Source: Azolla caroliniana (Eukaryota > Plantae > Polypodiophyta). Taken from it: 64,000 nucleotides of DNA. Within the stretch, counting starts at the first letter, position 1. Each line of letters opens with the position of its first letter. Under the pieces are notes generated by a model. The model saw only the letters and a list, made by a program, of their open reading frames with translations, did not search any database and had not been told where the DNA came from. Below, piece by piece: positions 22,401 through 35,600 of the stretch. Where the stretch lies: contig JBHGNT010000026.1 in NCBI GenBank assembly GCA_043228905.1, positions 1-64,000 of the forward strand, written 5' to 3'. The translations under genes and the position numbers were made by a program.

Positions 22401-25400
22401 AGGGCGAGGGATATGAAGACAACAGAATGGTTGTGCCACACTTGAGGACGACGTACACAAGAGCGCGCGAGTAAATGAAATTTTTCATAGCTAGCTTGTG
22501 TGAGGTTGGAATTTTCCTTCAAACAATCGAATTGAAGATAAGGAAGCAATCTATGATATGGAATTGCCAAATAATTATTTTGAAGCTCAGGGCGAGAGAC
22601 ATGAAGAAAAAGGCAAAGTTGTGCCACACTTGAGGAGGGCATCGACAAGAGCACATGAATAAATGAAAATGTCTATACCTAGCTTGTGTGATATTAGATT
22701 TTTGTGTTCAAACATGGGAGTCGAAGCTAAAGAAGCAATCTATGATATGGATTTGAAAAGTCACGATTTTGAAACTCAAGGCGAGAGACATGAAGAAAAA
22801 GGCAAAGTTGTGGCACACTTGAGGAGGGCGTAGAGAAGAGCGCGTGACTAAATGAAATTGTTCATTGCTGGTTCCTGTGATATCGGATGTTTATGTTCAA
22901 ACATGCGAATCGAAGATAACGAAGCAGTCTATGATATGGCATTGAAAAATCACGAGTTTGAAATTAAGGGTGAGAGACATGGAGAAAAAAGCAAATTTGT
23001 GCCACACTTGAGGAGGCCGTAGACAGAAGCGTGTGAGTGAATGAAAATGTTCATAGCTGGTTCGTGTGATATCGGAATTTTGTGTTCAAATATGCAAATC
23101 GAAGCTAACAAAGTAATCTATGATATGGTATTGAAAAATCATGTTTTGGAAACTTAGGGCGAAAGACATGAAGAAAATTGCAATGCTGTGCCACACTTGA
23201 GGAGGGCGTAGACAAGAGCGCGTGAGTAAATGAAAATGTTCATACCTGGCTCGTGTGATATCGGATATTTGTGTTCAAACATGCAAATCGAAGCTAACAA
23301 AGCATTCTATGATATGGCATTGAGAAATCATGATTTTGAAACTGAGGGCGAGAGACATGAAGAAAAAATTATAGTTGTGCCACACTTGAGGAGGGCGTAG
23401 ACAAGATCGCGTGAGTAAATGAAAATGTTCATAGCTTGCTTGTGTGATATCAGATTTTTGTGTTCAAAATTGCGAATCGAAGCTAACAAAGCATCCTATG
23501 ATATGGAATTGAAAAAACACAATTTTAGAATTTAGGTGAAGAAAAAAGCAAAGTTGTGCCACATTTGAGGAGGGAGTAGACCAGAGCCCGTGAGTAAAAG
23601 AAAATGTTCATAGCTGCCTATTGTAATATCGGATTTTTGTGTTCAAACATGCGAATCGAAGCTAACAAAGTAGTCTATGATATGGAATTGAAGAATCACT
23701 ATTTTGCAATATCAACTACATGTCCAAATGGTTGAGTGCTGTGCCGTCAAACCCCTGTTTGGTTAGTTCAATATTGATTGTTCTTAAATATATGTGTCAT
23801 TGTATTCCTTGGTGATTTGTGATATCGGATTTTTATGTTCAAACATGTGAATCGAAGCGAACGAAGCAGTCTATGATATGGCATTGAAAAATCATGATTT
23901 TGAAACTCAGGGCGAGAGACATGAAGAAAAAAGCAAAGTTGTGCCGCACTTGAGGAGGGCGTAGACAAGAGCGTGCGAGTAAATGAGAATGTTCATAACT
24001 AGCTCGTGTGATATTGGATTTTTCTGTTCAGACAATCGAATTGAAGCTAAGGAAACAATCTATGATATGGAATTTAAAATCCACGATTTTAAAATTCAGG
24101 TGAAGAAAAAAGTAAAGTTGTGCCACACTCTAGGAGGGCGTAGACAAGAGCGCGTGAGTAAATAAAAATGTTCATAGTTGGCTCGTATGATATCGGAATT
24201 TTGTGTTCAAAAATGCAGATTCAAGATAACGAAGAAGTCTATGATACGGAATTGAAAAAGAATGATTTTGAATCTCAGGGCGAGAGACATGAAGAAAGAA
24301 GCAAAGTTGTGCCACACTTGAGGAGGGCGTAGACACGAGCACGTGAGTAAATGAAAATGTTCATACCTGGCTCATGTGATATCGGATTTTTGTGTTCAAA
24401 CATGCGAATCGAAGCTAATGAAGCAATCTATGATATGGCATTGACAAATCATGATTTTGAAACTCAGGGTGAGAGACATGAAGAAAAAGGAAAAGTTGTG
24501 CCACACTTGAGGAGGACGTAGACAAGAGCGCGTGAGTAAATGAAAATGTTCATACCTGGGTCGTGTGATATTAGCTTTTTGTGTTCAAACATGTAAATCG
24601 AAGCTAACGAAGTAGTCTATGATATGGCATTGAAAAGTCACGATTTTGAAACTTAGGGCAAGAGACATGAAGAAAAAGGCAAAGTTGTGGTACACTTGAG
24701 GAGGGCGTAGATAAGAGCGCGTGAGTAAATGAAAATGTTCATAGCTGGCTCTTGTGATATTGGAGTTTTTGTGTTCAAACATGCGAATGGAAGCTAACAA
24801 AGCAGTCTATGATATGGCATTGAGAAATCATTATTTTGAAACTCAGGGCGAGGGATATGAAGACAAAAGAATGGTTGTCCCACACTTGAGGACGGCGTAC
24901 ACAATAGCGCGCGAGTAAATGAAAATGTTCATAGCTTGCTTGTGTGAGGTTGGATTTTCCTTCAAACAATCGAATTGAAGATAAGGAAGTAGTCTATGAT
25001 ATGGAATTGCAAAATCATTATTTTGAAGCTCAGGGCGAGAGACATGAAGAAAAAGGTAAAGTTGTGCCACACTTGAGGAGGGCATCGACAAGAGCACATG
25101 AATAAATGAAAATGTCTATACCTAGCTTGTGTGATATCAGATTTTTGTGTTCAAACATGGGAGTCGAAGCTAAAGAAGTAGTCTATGATATGGATTTGAA
25201 AAGTCACGATTTTGAAACTCAAGGCGAGAGACATGAAGAAAAAGGCAAAGTTGTGGCACACTTGAGGAGGGCGTAGAGAAGAGCGCGTGACTAAATGAAA
25301 TTGTTCATTGCTGGTTCCTGTGATATCGGATGTTTATGTTCAAACATGCGAATCGAAGATAACGAAGCAGTCTATGATATGGCATTGAAAAATCATGAGT

Positions 25401-25595
25401 TTGAAACTAAGGGCGAGAGACGTGAACAAAAAAGCAAATTTGTGCCACACTTGAGGAGGGCGTAGACACAAGCACGTGAGTAAATGAAAATGTTCATACT
25501 TGGCTCATGTGATATCGGATTTTTGTGTTCAAACATGCGAATCGAAGCTAACGAAGCAATCTATGATATGTCATTGACAAATCATGATTTTGGAA
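22401..25595 (+). repeat. Satellite subfamily A, block 2 (near-identical duplicate of 10376-13570)
   Basis: Constant offset of 12025 with identical translated ORFs: 11743/23768, 11958/23983, 12560/24585, 12818/24843 and 13459/25484. Confidence 0.95.
23707..23816. other. 110-bp non-consensus segment replacing part of an A monomer (copy 3)
   Basis: Identical by eye to 11682-11791 at offset 12025. Confidence 0.85.
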
Positions 25596-28500
25596 CTCAG
25601 GTCGAGAGACATGAAGAAAAAGGAATATTTGAGGAATGGGTAGACAAGTGCTCCTCAATGAATGAAAATGTTCATAGATGGCTCGTGTGATATCGGATTT
25701 TTGGGTTTAAAAATCCGAATCGGAGGTAACGAATCTAGCTCTGATATGGAATTGGGAAATCATGATTTAGAAACTTTTAAACATGCGAATCGAAGGTAAC
25801 GAATCTAGCTATGAGCTCCTCAATTAATGAAAATGTTCATAGATGGCTTGTGCGATATCGGATTTTTGGGTTTAAACTGGCGAATCGAAGGAATGAAAAT
25901 GTTCAGAGATGGCTCGTGTGATATCGGATTTTTTGGGTTTAAACACTCGAATCGAAGGTAACGAATCTAGCTATGATATTTGATTTGAAAAATAATCATT
26001 TTGAAACTCAGGTCGAGAGACATGAACAAAAAAGCAAATTTGAGGAAGGCGTAGACAAGAGCTCGTCAATGAATCAAAATGTTTATAGATGGCTCGTGTG
26101 ATATCCGATGTTTGGGTTTAAACATGCGAATCCAGGGAAACGAAACTAGCCATGATATGCAATTGAAAAATCATGATTTTGAAACTAAGGTGGACAAAAA
26201 TGAATAAAAAAGCAAATTTGAGGAAGGCCTAGACAAGAGCTCGTCAATGAATAAAAATGTTCATAGATGGCTCGTGTGATATCGGATTTTTGAGTTTAAA
26301 CATTCGAATCGAAGGTAACGAATCTAGCTATGATATGGATTTGAAAAATGATGATTTTGAAACTCAGGTCGAGAGACATGAACAAAAAAACAAATTTCAG
26401 GAAGGCGTAGACAAGAGCTCCTCAATGAATGAAAATGTTCATAGCTGGCTCGTGTGATATCGAATTTTTGAGTTTAAACATTCAAATCGAAGGTAACGAA
26501 TCAAGGTATGACATGGAATTGAAAAATGATGATTTTGAAACTCAGGTCGGGAGACATAAACAAAAAAGCAAAATTTAGGAAGGCGTAGACAAGAGCTCGT
26601 CAATGAATCAAAATGTTCATAGATGGCTCGTGTGATATCGGATTTTTGGGTTTAAACATGCAAATAGAAGGTAACGAACTTAGATATGATATAGAATTCA
26701 AAAATCATGATTTTGACTCTCAGGTGGAGAGAAATGAATAAAAAAGCAAATTTGAGGAAGGCGTAGACCAGAGCTCCTCAATGAATTAAAATGTTCATAG
26801 ATGGCTCTTGTGATATCGGATTTTTGGGTTTAAACTTGCGAATCGAAGGTAACGAATCTAGCTATGATATGGAATTCAATAATAATGATTTTGAAACTCA
26901 GGTCGAGAGACATGAAGAGAAAAGAAAATTTGAGGAAGGCGTAGACAAGAGCTCCTCAATGAATGAAAATGTTCATAGATGGCTCGTGTGATATCAGATT
27001 TTTGGGTTTAAACATGCGAATCGAAGGTAACAAATCGGGTTATGATATGGAATTAAAAATAATGATTTTAAAACTCAGGTCGAGAGACATGAACAAAAAA
27101 TAAAATTTGAGGAAGGCGTAGACAAGAGCTCTTCAATGAATGAAAATGTTCATAGATGGCTCGTGTGATATCGTATTTTCGTGTTTAAACTTGAGAATCG
27201 AAGATAACGTATCTAGCTATGATATGGAATTCTAAAATCATGATTTTGAAACTCAGGTGGAGAGACATGAACAAGAAAGCAAATTTGAGGAAGGCGTAGA
27301 CAAGAGCTTCTCAATGAATGAAAATGTTAATAGATGGCTCGTGTGATATCGGATTTTTGGGTTTAAACATGCGAATCGAAGGTAACGAAACTAGCCATGA
27401 TATGGAATTGAAAAATCATGATTTTGAAACTCAGGTCGAGACACATGAACAAAAAAGAAAATTTGAGGAAGGCGTAGACAAGAGCTCCTCAATGAATGAA
27501 AATGTTCATAGATGGCTCGTGTGATATCAGATTTTTGGGTTTAAACATGCGAATCGAAGGTAACGAATCTAGCTATGATATGGAATTTAAAAATAATGAT
27601 TTTAAAACTCAGGTCAAGAGACATGAACAAGAAAGCAAATTTGAGGAAGGCGTAGACAAGAGCACCTCAATGAATGAAAATGTTCATAGATTACTCGTGT
27701 GATAGCGGACTTTTGGGTTTAAACATGCGAATCGAAGGTAACGAATCTAGGTATGATATGGAATTGAAAAATGATGATTTTGAAATTCAGGTCGATAGAC
27801 ATGAAGAAGAAATGAATCAAAAAGCAAATTTGAGGAAGGCGTAGAAAAGAGCTCGTCAATGAATGAAAATGTTCATAGATGGCTCGTGTGATAGCGGACT
27901 TTTGGGTTTAGACATGCGAATCGAAGGAAACGAATCTAGGTATGATATAGAATAGAGAAATCATGATTTTGAAACTTTGGTGGAGAGAAATGAATCAAAA
28001 AGCAAATTTGAGGAAGGCGTAGACAAGAGCTTGTCAATGAATGAAAATGTTCATAGATGGCTCGTGTTATAGCGGACTCTTGGGTTTAGAGATGCGAATC
28101 GAAGGAAACGAATCTAGGTATGATATAGAATAGAGAAATCATGATTTGTAAACTTTGGTCAAGAGAAATGAATAAAAAAGCAAATTTGAGGAAGGCGTAG
28201 ACAAGAGCTCGTCAATGAATGAAAATGTTCATAGATGGCTCGTGTGATATCGGATTTTTGGGTTTAAACATGCGAATCGAAGGTAACGAATCTAGCTATG
28301 ATATGGAATTGAAAAATAATGATTTTAAAACTCAGGTCAAGAGACATGAACAAGAAAGCAAATTTGAGGAAGGCGTAGACAAGAGCTCCTCAATGAATGA
28401 AAATGTTCATAGATGGCTTGTGTGATATCGGATTATGTTCATAGATGGCTCGTGTGAATCAAATTTTTGGGTTTAAACATGCGAATCGAAGGTAACGAAT

Positions 28501-31500
28501 CTAGGTATGATATGGAATTGAAAAATCATGATTTCGAAACTCAGGTCGATAGACATGAACAAAAAAGCAAATTTGAGGAAGGTGTAGACAAGAGCTCGTC
28601 AATGAATGAAAATGTTCATAGATAGCTCGTGTGATATCGTATTTTCGTGTTTAAACTTGAGAATCGAAGGTAACGTATGTAGCTATGATATGGAATTCGA
28701 AAATCATGATTTTGAAACTCAGGTGGAGAGACGTGAAAAAGAAAGCAAATTTGAGGAAGGCGTAGACAAGAGCTCCTCAATGAATGAAAATGTTAATAGA
28801 TGGCTCGTGTGATATCGGATTTTCGGGTTTAAACATGCGAATCGAAGGTAACGAAACTAGCCATGATATGGAATTGAAAAATCATGATTTTGAAACTCAG
28901 GTCGATAGACATGAACAACAAACCAAATTTGAGGAAGGCGTAGACAAGAGCTCCTCAAAAAAATCAAAATGTTCATAGATGGCTCGTGTGATAGCGGATT
29001 TTTGGGTTTAAACTGGCGAATCGAAGTTAACGAATCTAGGTATAATATAGAATAGAAAAATCATGATTTTGAAACTCAGGTGGAGAGAAATGAATAAAAA
29101 AGCAAATTTGAGGAAGGCATAGACAAGAGCTCCTCAATGAATCAAAATGTTCATAGATGGCTCGTGTGTTATTGGACTTTTGGGTTTAATCATGCGAATC
29201 GAAGGTAACGAATCTAGCTATGATATGGAATTAAAAAATGATGATTTTGAAATTCAGGTCGATAGACATGAAGAAGAAAGCAAATTTGAGGAAGGCGTAG
29301 ACAAGAGCTCGTTAATGAATGAAAATGTTCATAGATGGCTCGTGTGATAGCGGACTTTTGGATTTAGACATGCGAATCGAAGGAAACGAATCTAGGTATG
29401 ATATAGAATAGAGAAATCAGGATTTTGAAACTTTGGTGGAGAGAAAGGAATAAAAAAGCAAATTTGAGGAAGGCGTCGACAAGAGCTCCTCAATGAATGA
29501 AAATGTTCATAGATGGCTCGTGTGATATCGGATTTTTGGGTTTAAACATGCGAATCGAAGGTAATGAATCAAGCTATCATATGGAATTGAAAAATAAAGA
29601 TTTTGAAACTGAGGTAGAGAGTCATGAAGATAAAAGCAAATTTGAAAAAGGCGTAAACAAGAGCTCCTCAATGAATGAAAATGTTCATAGATGGCTCGTG
29701 TGATATCATACTTTTTGGTTTAAACATGCGAATCGAAGGTAACGAATCTAGCTAAGACATGGAATTGAAAAATCATGATTTCGAAACTCAGATCGAGAGA
29801 CATGAACAAAAAAGCAAATTTGAGGAAGGCGTAGACAAGAGCTCCTCAATGAATGAAAATGTTCATAGATGGCTCGTGTGATATCGTATTTTCGTGTGTA
29901 AACACACGAATCGAAGGTAACGAATCTATGTATGATATGGAATTGAAAAATAATGATTTTGAAACTCAGGTCGAGAGACATGAACAAAAAAGCAAATTTT
30001 AGGAAGGCGTAGACAAGAGCTCGTCAATGAATGAAAATGTTCATAGATGGCTCGTGTGATATCGGATTTTTGGGTTTAAATATGCGAATCGAAGGTAACG
30101 AATCTAGGTATGATATGGAATTGAAAATTTTGATTTTGAAACTCAGGTCGATAGACATGAAGAAAAAAGGAAATTTGAGGAAGGCGTAGACAAGAGTTCC
30201 TCAATGAATGAAAATGTTCATAGATGGCTCGTGTGATAGCGGACTTTTGGGTTTAGACATGCGAATCGAAGGAAACGAATCTAGGTATGATATAGAATAG
30301 AGAAATCATGATTTTGAAACTTTGGTGGAGAGAAATGAATCAAAAAGCAAATTTGAGGAAGGCGTAGAAAAGAGCTCCTCAATGAATGAAAATGTTCATT
30401 GATGGCTCGTGTGCTAGCGGACTTTTGGGTTTAGACATGCGAATCGAAGATAACGAATCTAGCTATGATATGGAATTGAAAAATCATGATTTTGAAACTC
30501 AGGTCGAGAAACATGAACAATGAAGCAAATTTGAGGAAGGCTTAGACAAGAGCTCCTCAATGAATGAAAATGTTCATAGATGGCTCGTGTGATATCGGAT
30601 GTTTGGGTTTAATCATGCGAATCGAAGGTAACCGATCTAGGTATGATATGGAATTCAAAAATCATGATTTTGAAACTGTTGTTGAGAGACATGAAGAAAA
30701 AAGCAAATTTGAGGAAGGCGTAGAGAAGAGCTCCTCAATGGATGATAATGTTCATAGATGGCTTGTGTGATATCGTATTTTCGTGTTTAAACACACGAAT
30801 CGAAGGTAACGAATCTATGTATAATATGGAATTGAAAAATCGTGATGTCGAAACTCAGGTGGAGAGACATGAACAAAAAAGCAAATTTGAGGAAGGCGTA
30901 GACAATAGCTCCTCAATGATTGAAAATGTTCATAGATGGTTCGTGTGATATCGGATGTTTGGTTTAAACATGCGAATCGAAGGTAATAAATCTAGGTATG
31001 ATATGGAATTCAAAAATCATGATTTGGAAACTAAGACCGAAAGACATGAACAAAAAAGCAAATTTGAGGAAGGCGTACACAAGAGCTTGTCAATGAATGA
31101 AAATGTTCATCGATGGCTCGTGTAATATCGTATTTTCGTGTTTAAACTTGAGAATCGAAGGTAACGTATCTAGCTATGATATGGAATTCAAAAATCATGA
31201 TTTTGAAACTCAGGTCGAGAGACATGAACAAAAAAGCAAATTTTAGGAAGGCGTAGTCAAGAGCTCGTCAATGAATCAAAATGTTCATAGATGGCTCGTG
31301 TGATATCCGATGTTTGGGTTTAAACATGCGAATAGAAGGTAACGAAACTAGCCATGGTATGGAATTGAAAAATGATGATTTTGTAACTAAGGTGGACAGA
31401 AATGAATAAAAAAGCAAATTTGAGGAAGGCGTAGACAAGGGTTCCTCAATGAATGAAAATGTTCATAGATGACTCTTGTGATATCCGATTTTTGGGTTTA

Positions 31501-32661
31501 AAAATGCGAATCGAAGTAACGAATCTAGCTATGATATGGAATTGAAAAATCATGATTTGGAAACTCAGGTTGAGAGACATGAACAAAAAAGCAAATTTGA
31601 GGAAGGCGTAGACAATAGCTCCTCAATGATTGAAAATGTTCATAGATGGTTCGTGTGATATCGGATGTTTGGGTTTAAACATGCCTATCGAAGGTAACCA
31701 ATCTAGGTATGATATGGAGTTCAAAAATCATGATTTGGAAACTGAGACCGAAATACATGAACACAAAAGCAAATTTGAGGAAGGCGTAGACATGAGCTCC
31801 TCAATGAATAAAAATGTTCATAGATGGCTCGTGTGATTTCGGATTTTTGGGTTTAAACATGCGAATCGAAGGTAACGAATCTAGCTATGAGATGGAATTG
31901 AAAAATCATGATTTCGGAACTCAGGTCGAGAGACATGAACAAAAAAGCAAATTTGAGGAAGGGGTAGATAAGTGCTCCTCAATGAATGAAAATGTTCATA
32001 GATGGCTCGTGTGATATCGAATTTTTGGGTTTAAAAATCCGAATCGAAGGTAATGAATCTAGCTCTGATATGGAACTTGAAAATCATAATTTAGAAACTT
32101 TTAAACATTCGAATCGAAGGTAACGAATCTAGCTATGACCTCCTCAATTAATGAAAATGTTCATAGATGGCTCGTGTGATATCGGATTTTTGGGTTTAAA
32201 GTGGCGAATCGAAGGAATGAAAATGTTCAGAGATGGCTCATGTGATATCGGATTTTTTGGGTTTAAACACTCGAATCGAAGGTAACGAATCTAGCTATGA
32301 TATTTGATTTGAAAAATAATCATTTTGAAACTTAGGTCGAGAGACGTGAACAAAAAAGCAAATTTGAGGAAGGCGTAGACAAGAGCTCGTCAATGAATCA
32401 AAATGATTATAGATGGCTCGTGTCATATCCGATGTTTGGGTTTAAACATGCGAATCCAGGGATACGAAACTAGCCATGATATGGAATTGAAAAATCATGA
32501 TTTTGAAACTAAGGTGGACAGAAATGAATAAAAAAGCAAATTTGAGGAAGGCGTAGAAAAGAGCTCCTCAATGAATGAAAATGTTCATAGATGGCTCCTG
32601 TGATATCGGATTTCTGGGTTTAAAAATGCGAATCGAAGGTAACTAATTTAGCTATGATATG
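25596..32661 (+). repeat. Satellite subfamily B, block 2 (duplicate of block B1 with a different internal monomer content)
   Basis: Offset 12025 on the left (14232/26257) and 13281 on the right (16467/29748, 17283/30564, 18349/31630). It has the same B-C deletion junction as B1. Confidence 0.93.
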
Positions 32662-35600
32662 AGAGACATGACGAAATTAGCAAAGTTGAGGAGTGAGTTG
32701 AGAGGAGCCCTTCAGTAAATTAAAATGTTCATACCTAGCGAGTGTGATATCGGCTTTTTGTGTACAAATATGCGAATCGAAGCTAACAACGCTAGCTATG
32801 ATATGGAATTAAAAAATCAAGATTTTGAAACTCAGGTCGAGAGACATGACGAAATTAGCAAATTTGAGGAGTGAGTTGAGAGGAGCCCTTGAGTAAATTA
32901 CAATGTTCATTCCTGGCGAGTGTGATATCGGATTTTTGTGTTCAAACATGCGAATCGAAGCTAACAACGCTAGCTATGATATGGAATTAAAAAATCAAGA
33001 TTTTGAAACTTAGGTCGAGAGACATGACGAAATTAGCAAATTTGAGGAGTGAGTTGAGAGGAGCCCTTGAGTAAATTAAAATGTTCATACCTAGCGAGTG
33101 TGATATTGTATTTTTGTGTACAAACATGCGAATCGAAGCTAACAATGCTAGCTATGATATAGAATTAAAAAATCAAGATATTGAAACTCAAGTCGAGAGA
33201 CATGACGAAATTACCAAATTTGAGGAGTGAGTTGAGAGGAGCCCTTGAGTAAATTAAAATGTTCATACATAGCGAGTGTGATATCGGATTTTTGTGTACA
33301 AACATGCGAATCGAAGCTAACAACGCTAGCTATGATATGGAATTAAAAAATCAAGATTTTGAAACTAAGGTCGAGAGACATGACGAAATTACCAAATTTG
33401 AGGAGGGAGTTGAGAGGGGCCCTTGAGTAAATTAAAATGTTCATACCTAGCGAGTGTGATATCGGAATTTTGTGTTCAAACATGCGAATCAAACCTAACA
33501 ACGCTAGCTATGATCTAGAATTAAAAAAGCAAGATTTTGAAACTCAGGTCGAGAGTCATGACGGAATTAGCAAATTTGAGGAGTGAGTTGAGAGGAGCCC
33601 TTGAGTAAATTAAAATGGTCATACCTAGCGAGTGTGATATCGGATTTTTGTGTACAAACATGCGAATTGAAGCTAACAACGCTAGCTATCATATGGAATT
33701 GAAAAATCAAGATTTTGAAACTCAGGTCGAGAGACATGACGAAATTAGCAAATTTGAGGAGTGAGTTGAGAGAAGCCCTTGAGTAAATTAAAATGTTCAT
33801 ACCTAGCGAGTGTGATATCGGAATTTTGTGTACAAACATGCGAATCGAAGCTAACAACGCTAGCTATGATATGGAATTGAAAAATCAAGATTTTGAAACT
33901 CAGGTCGAGAGACATGACGAAATTAGCAAATTTGAGGAGTGAGTTGAGAGGAGCCCTTGAGTAAATTAAAATGTTCATACCTAGCGAGTGTGATATCGGA
34001 TTTTTGTGTTCAAACATGCGAATCGAAGCTAACAACGCTAGCTATGATATGGAATTACAAAATCAAGATTTTGAAACTCCAGGCGAGAGACATGACGAAA
34101 TTACCAAATTTGAGGAGTGAGGTTGGAAGAGCGCGTGAGTGAATTAAAATGTTCATACCTGGCTCGTGTGATATCGGATTTTTGTGTTCAAACATGCGAA
34201 TCGAAGCTAACAACGCTAGCTATGATCTAGAATTAAAAAAGCAAGATTTTGAAACTCAGGTCGAGAGACATGACGAAATTACCAACTTTGAGGAGTGAGT
34301 TGAGATGAGCCCTTGAGTATATTAAAATGGTCATACCTAGCGAGTGTGATATCGGATTTTTGTGTTCAAACATGCGAATCGAAGCCAACAACGCTAGCTA
34401 TGATATGCAATTAAAAAATCAAGATTTTGAAACTCAGGTCGAGAGACATGACGAAATTACCAACTTTGAGGAGTGAGTTGAGATGAGCCCTTGAGTATAT
34501 TAAAATGGTCATACCTAGCGAGTGTGATATCGGATTTTTGTGTTCAAACATGCGAATCGAAGCCAACAACGCTAGCTATGATATGGAATTAAAAAATCAA
34601 GATTTTGAAACTCAGGTCGAGAGACATGACGAAATTAGCAAATTTGAGGAGTGAGTTGAGAGGAGCCCTTGAGTAAATTAAAATGGTCATACCTAGCGAG
34701 TGTGATATCGGATTTTTGTGTACAAACATGCGAATCGAAGCTAACAACGCTAGCTATGATATGGAATTGAAAAATCAAAATTTTGAAACTCAGGTCGAGA
34801 GACATGACGAAATTAGCAAATTTGAGGAGTGAGTTGAGAGGAGCCCTTGAGTAAATAAAAATGTTCATACCTAGCTCGTGTGATATCGGATTTTTGTGTA
34901 CAAACATGCGAATCGAAGCTAACAACGCTAGCTATGACATGGAATTAAAAAATCAAGATTATGAAACTCAGGTCGAGAGACATGACGAAATTACCAAATT
35001 TGAGGAGGGAGTTAAGAAGAGCTATTAGGTAAATTAAAATGTTCATACCTGGCTCGTGTGATATCGGATTTTTGTGTTCAAACATGCGAATCGAAGCTAA
35101 CAACGCTAGCTATGATATAGAATTAAAAAATCAAGATTTTGACACTCAGGTCGAGAGACATGAAGAAATTACCAAATTTGAGGAGTGAGTTGAGAGGAGC
35201 CCTTGAGTAAATTAAAATGTTCATACATAGCGAGTGTGATATCGGATTTTTGTGTTCAAACATGCGAATCGAAGCCAACAACGCTAGCTATGATATGGAA
35301 TTAAAAAATCAAGATTTTGAAACTCAGGTCGAGAGACATGACGAAATTAGCAAATTTGAGGAGTGAGTTGAGAGGAGCCCTTGAGTAAATTAAAATGGTC
35401 ATACCTAGCGAGTGTGATATCGGATTTTTGTGTACAAACATGCGAATCGAAGCTAACAACGCTAGCTACGACATGGAATTAAAAAATCAAGATTTTGAAA
35501 CTCAGGTCGAGAGTCATGACGGAATTAGCAAATTTGAGGAGTGAGTTGAGAGGAGCCCTTGAGTAAATTAAAATGGTCATACCTAGCGAGTGTGATATCG

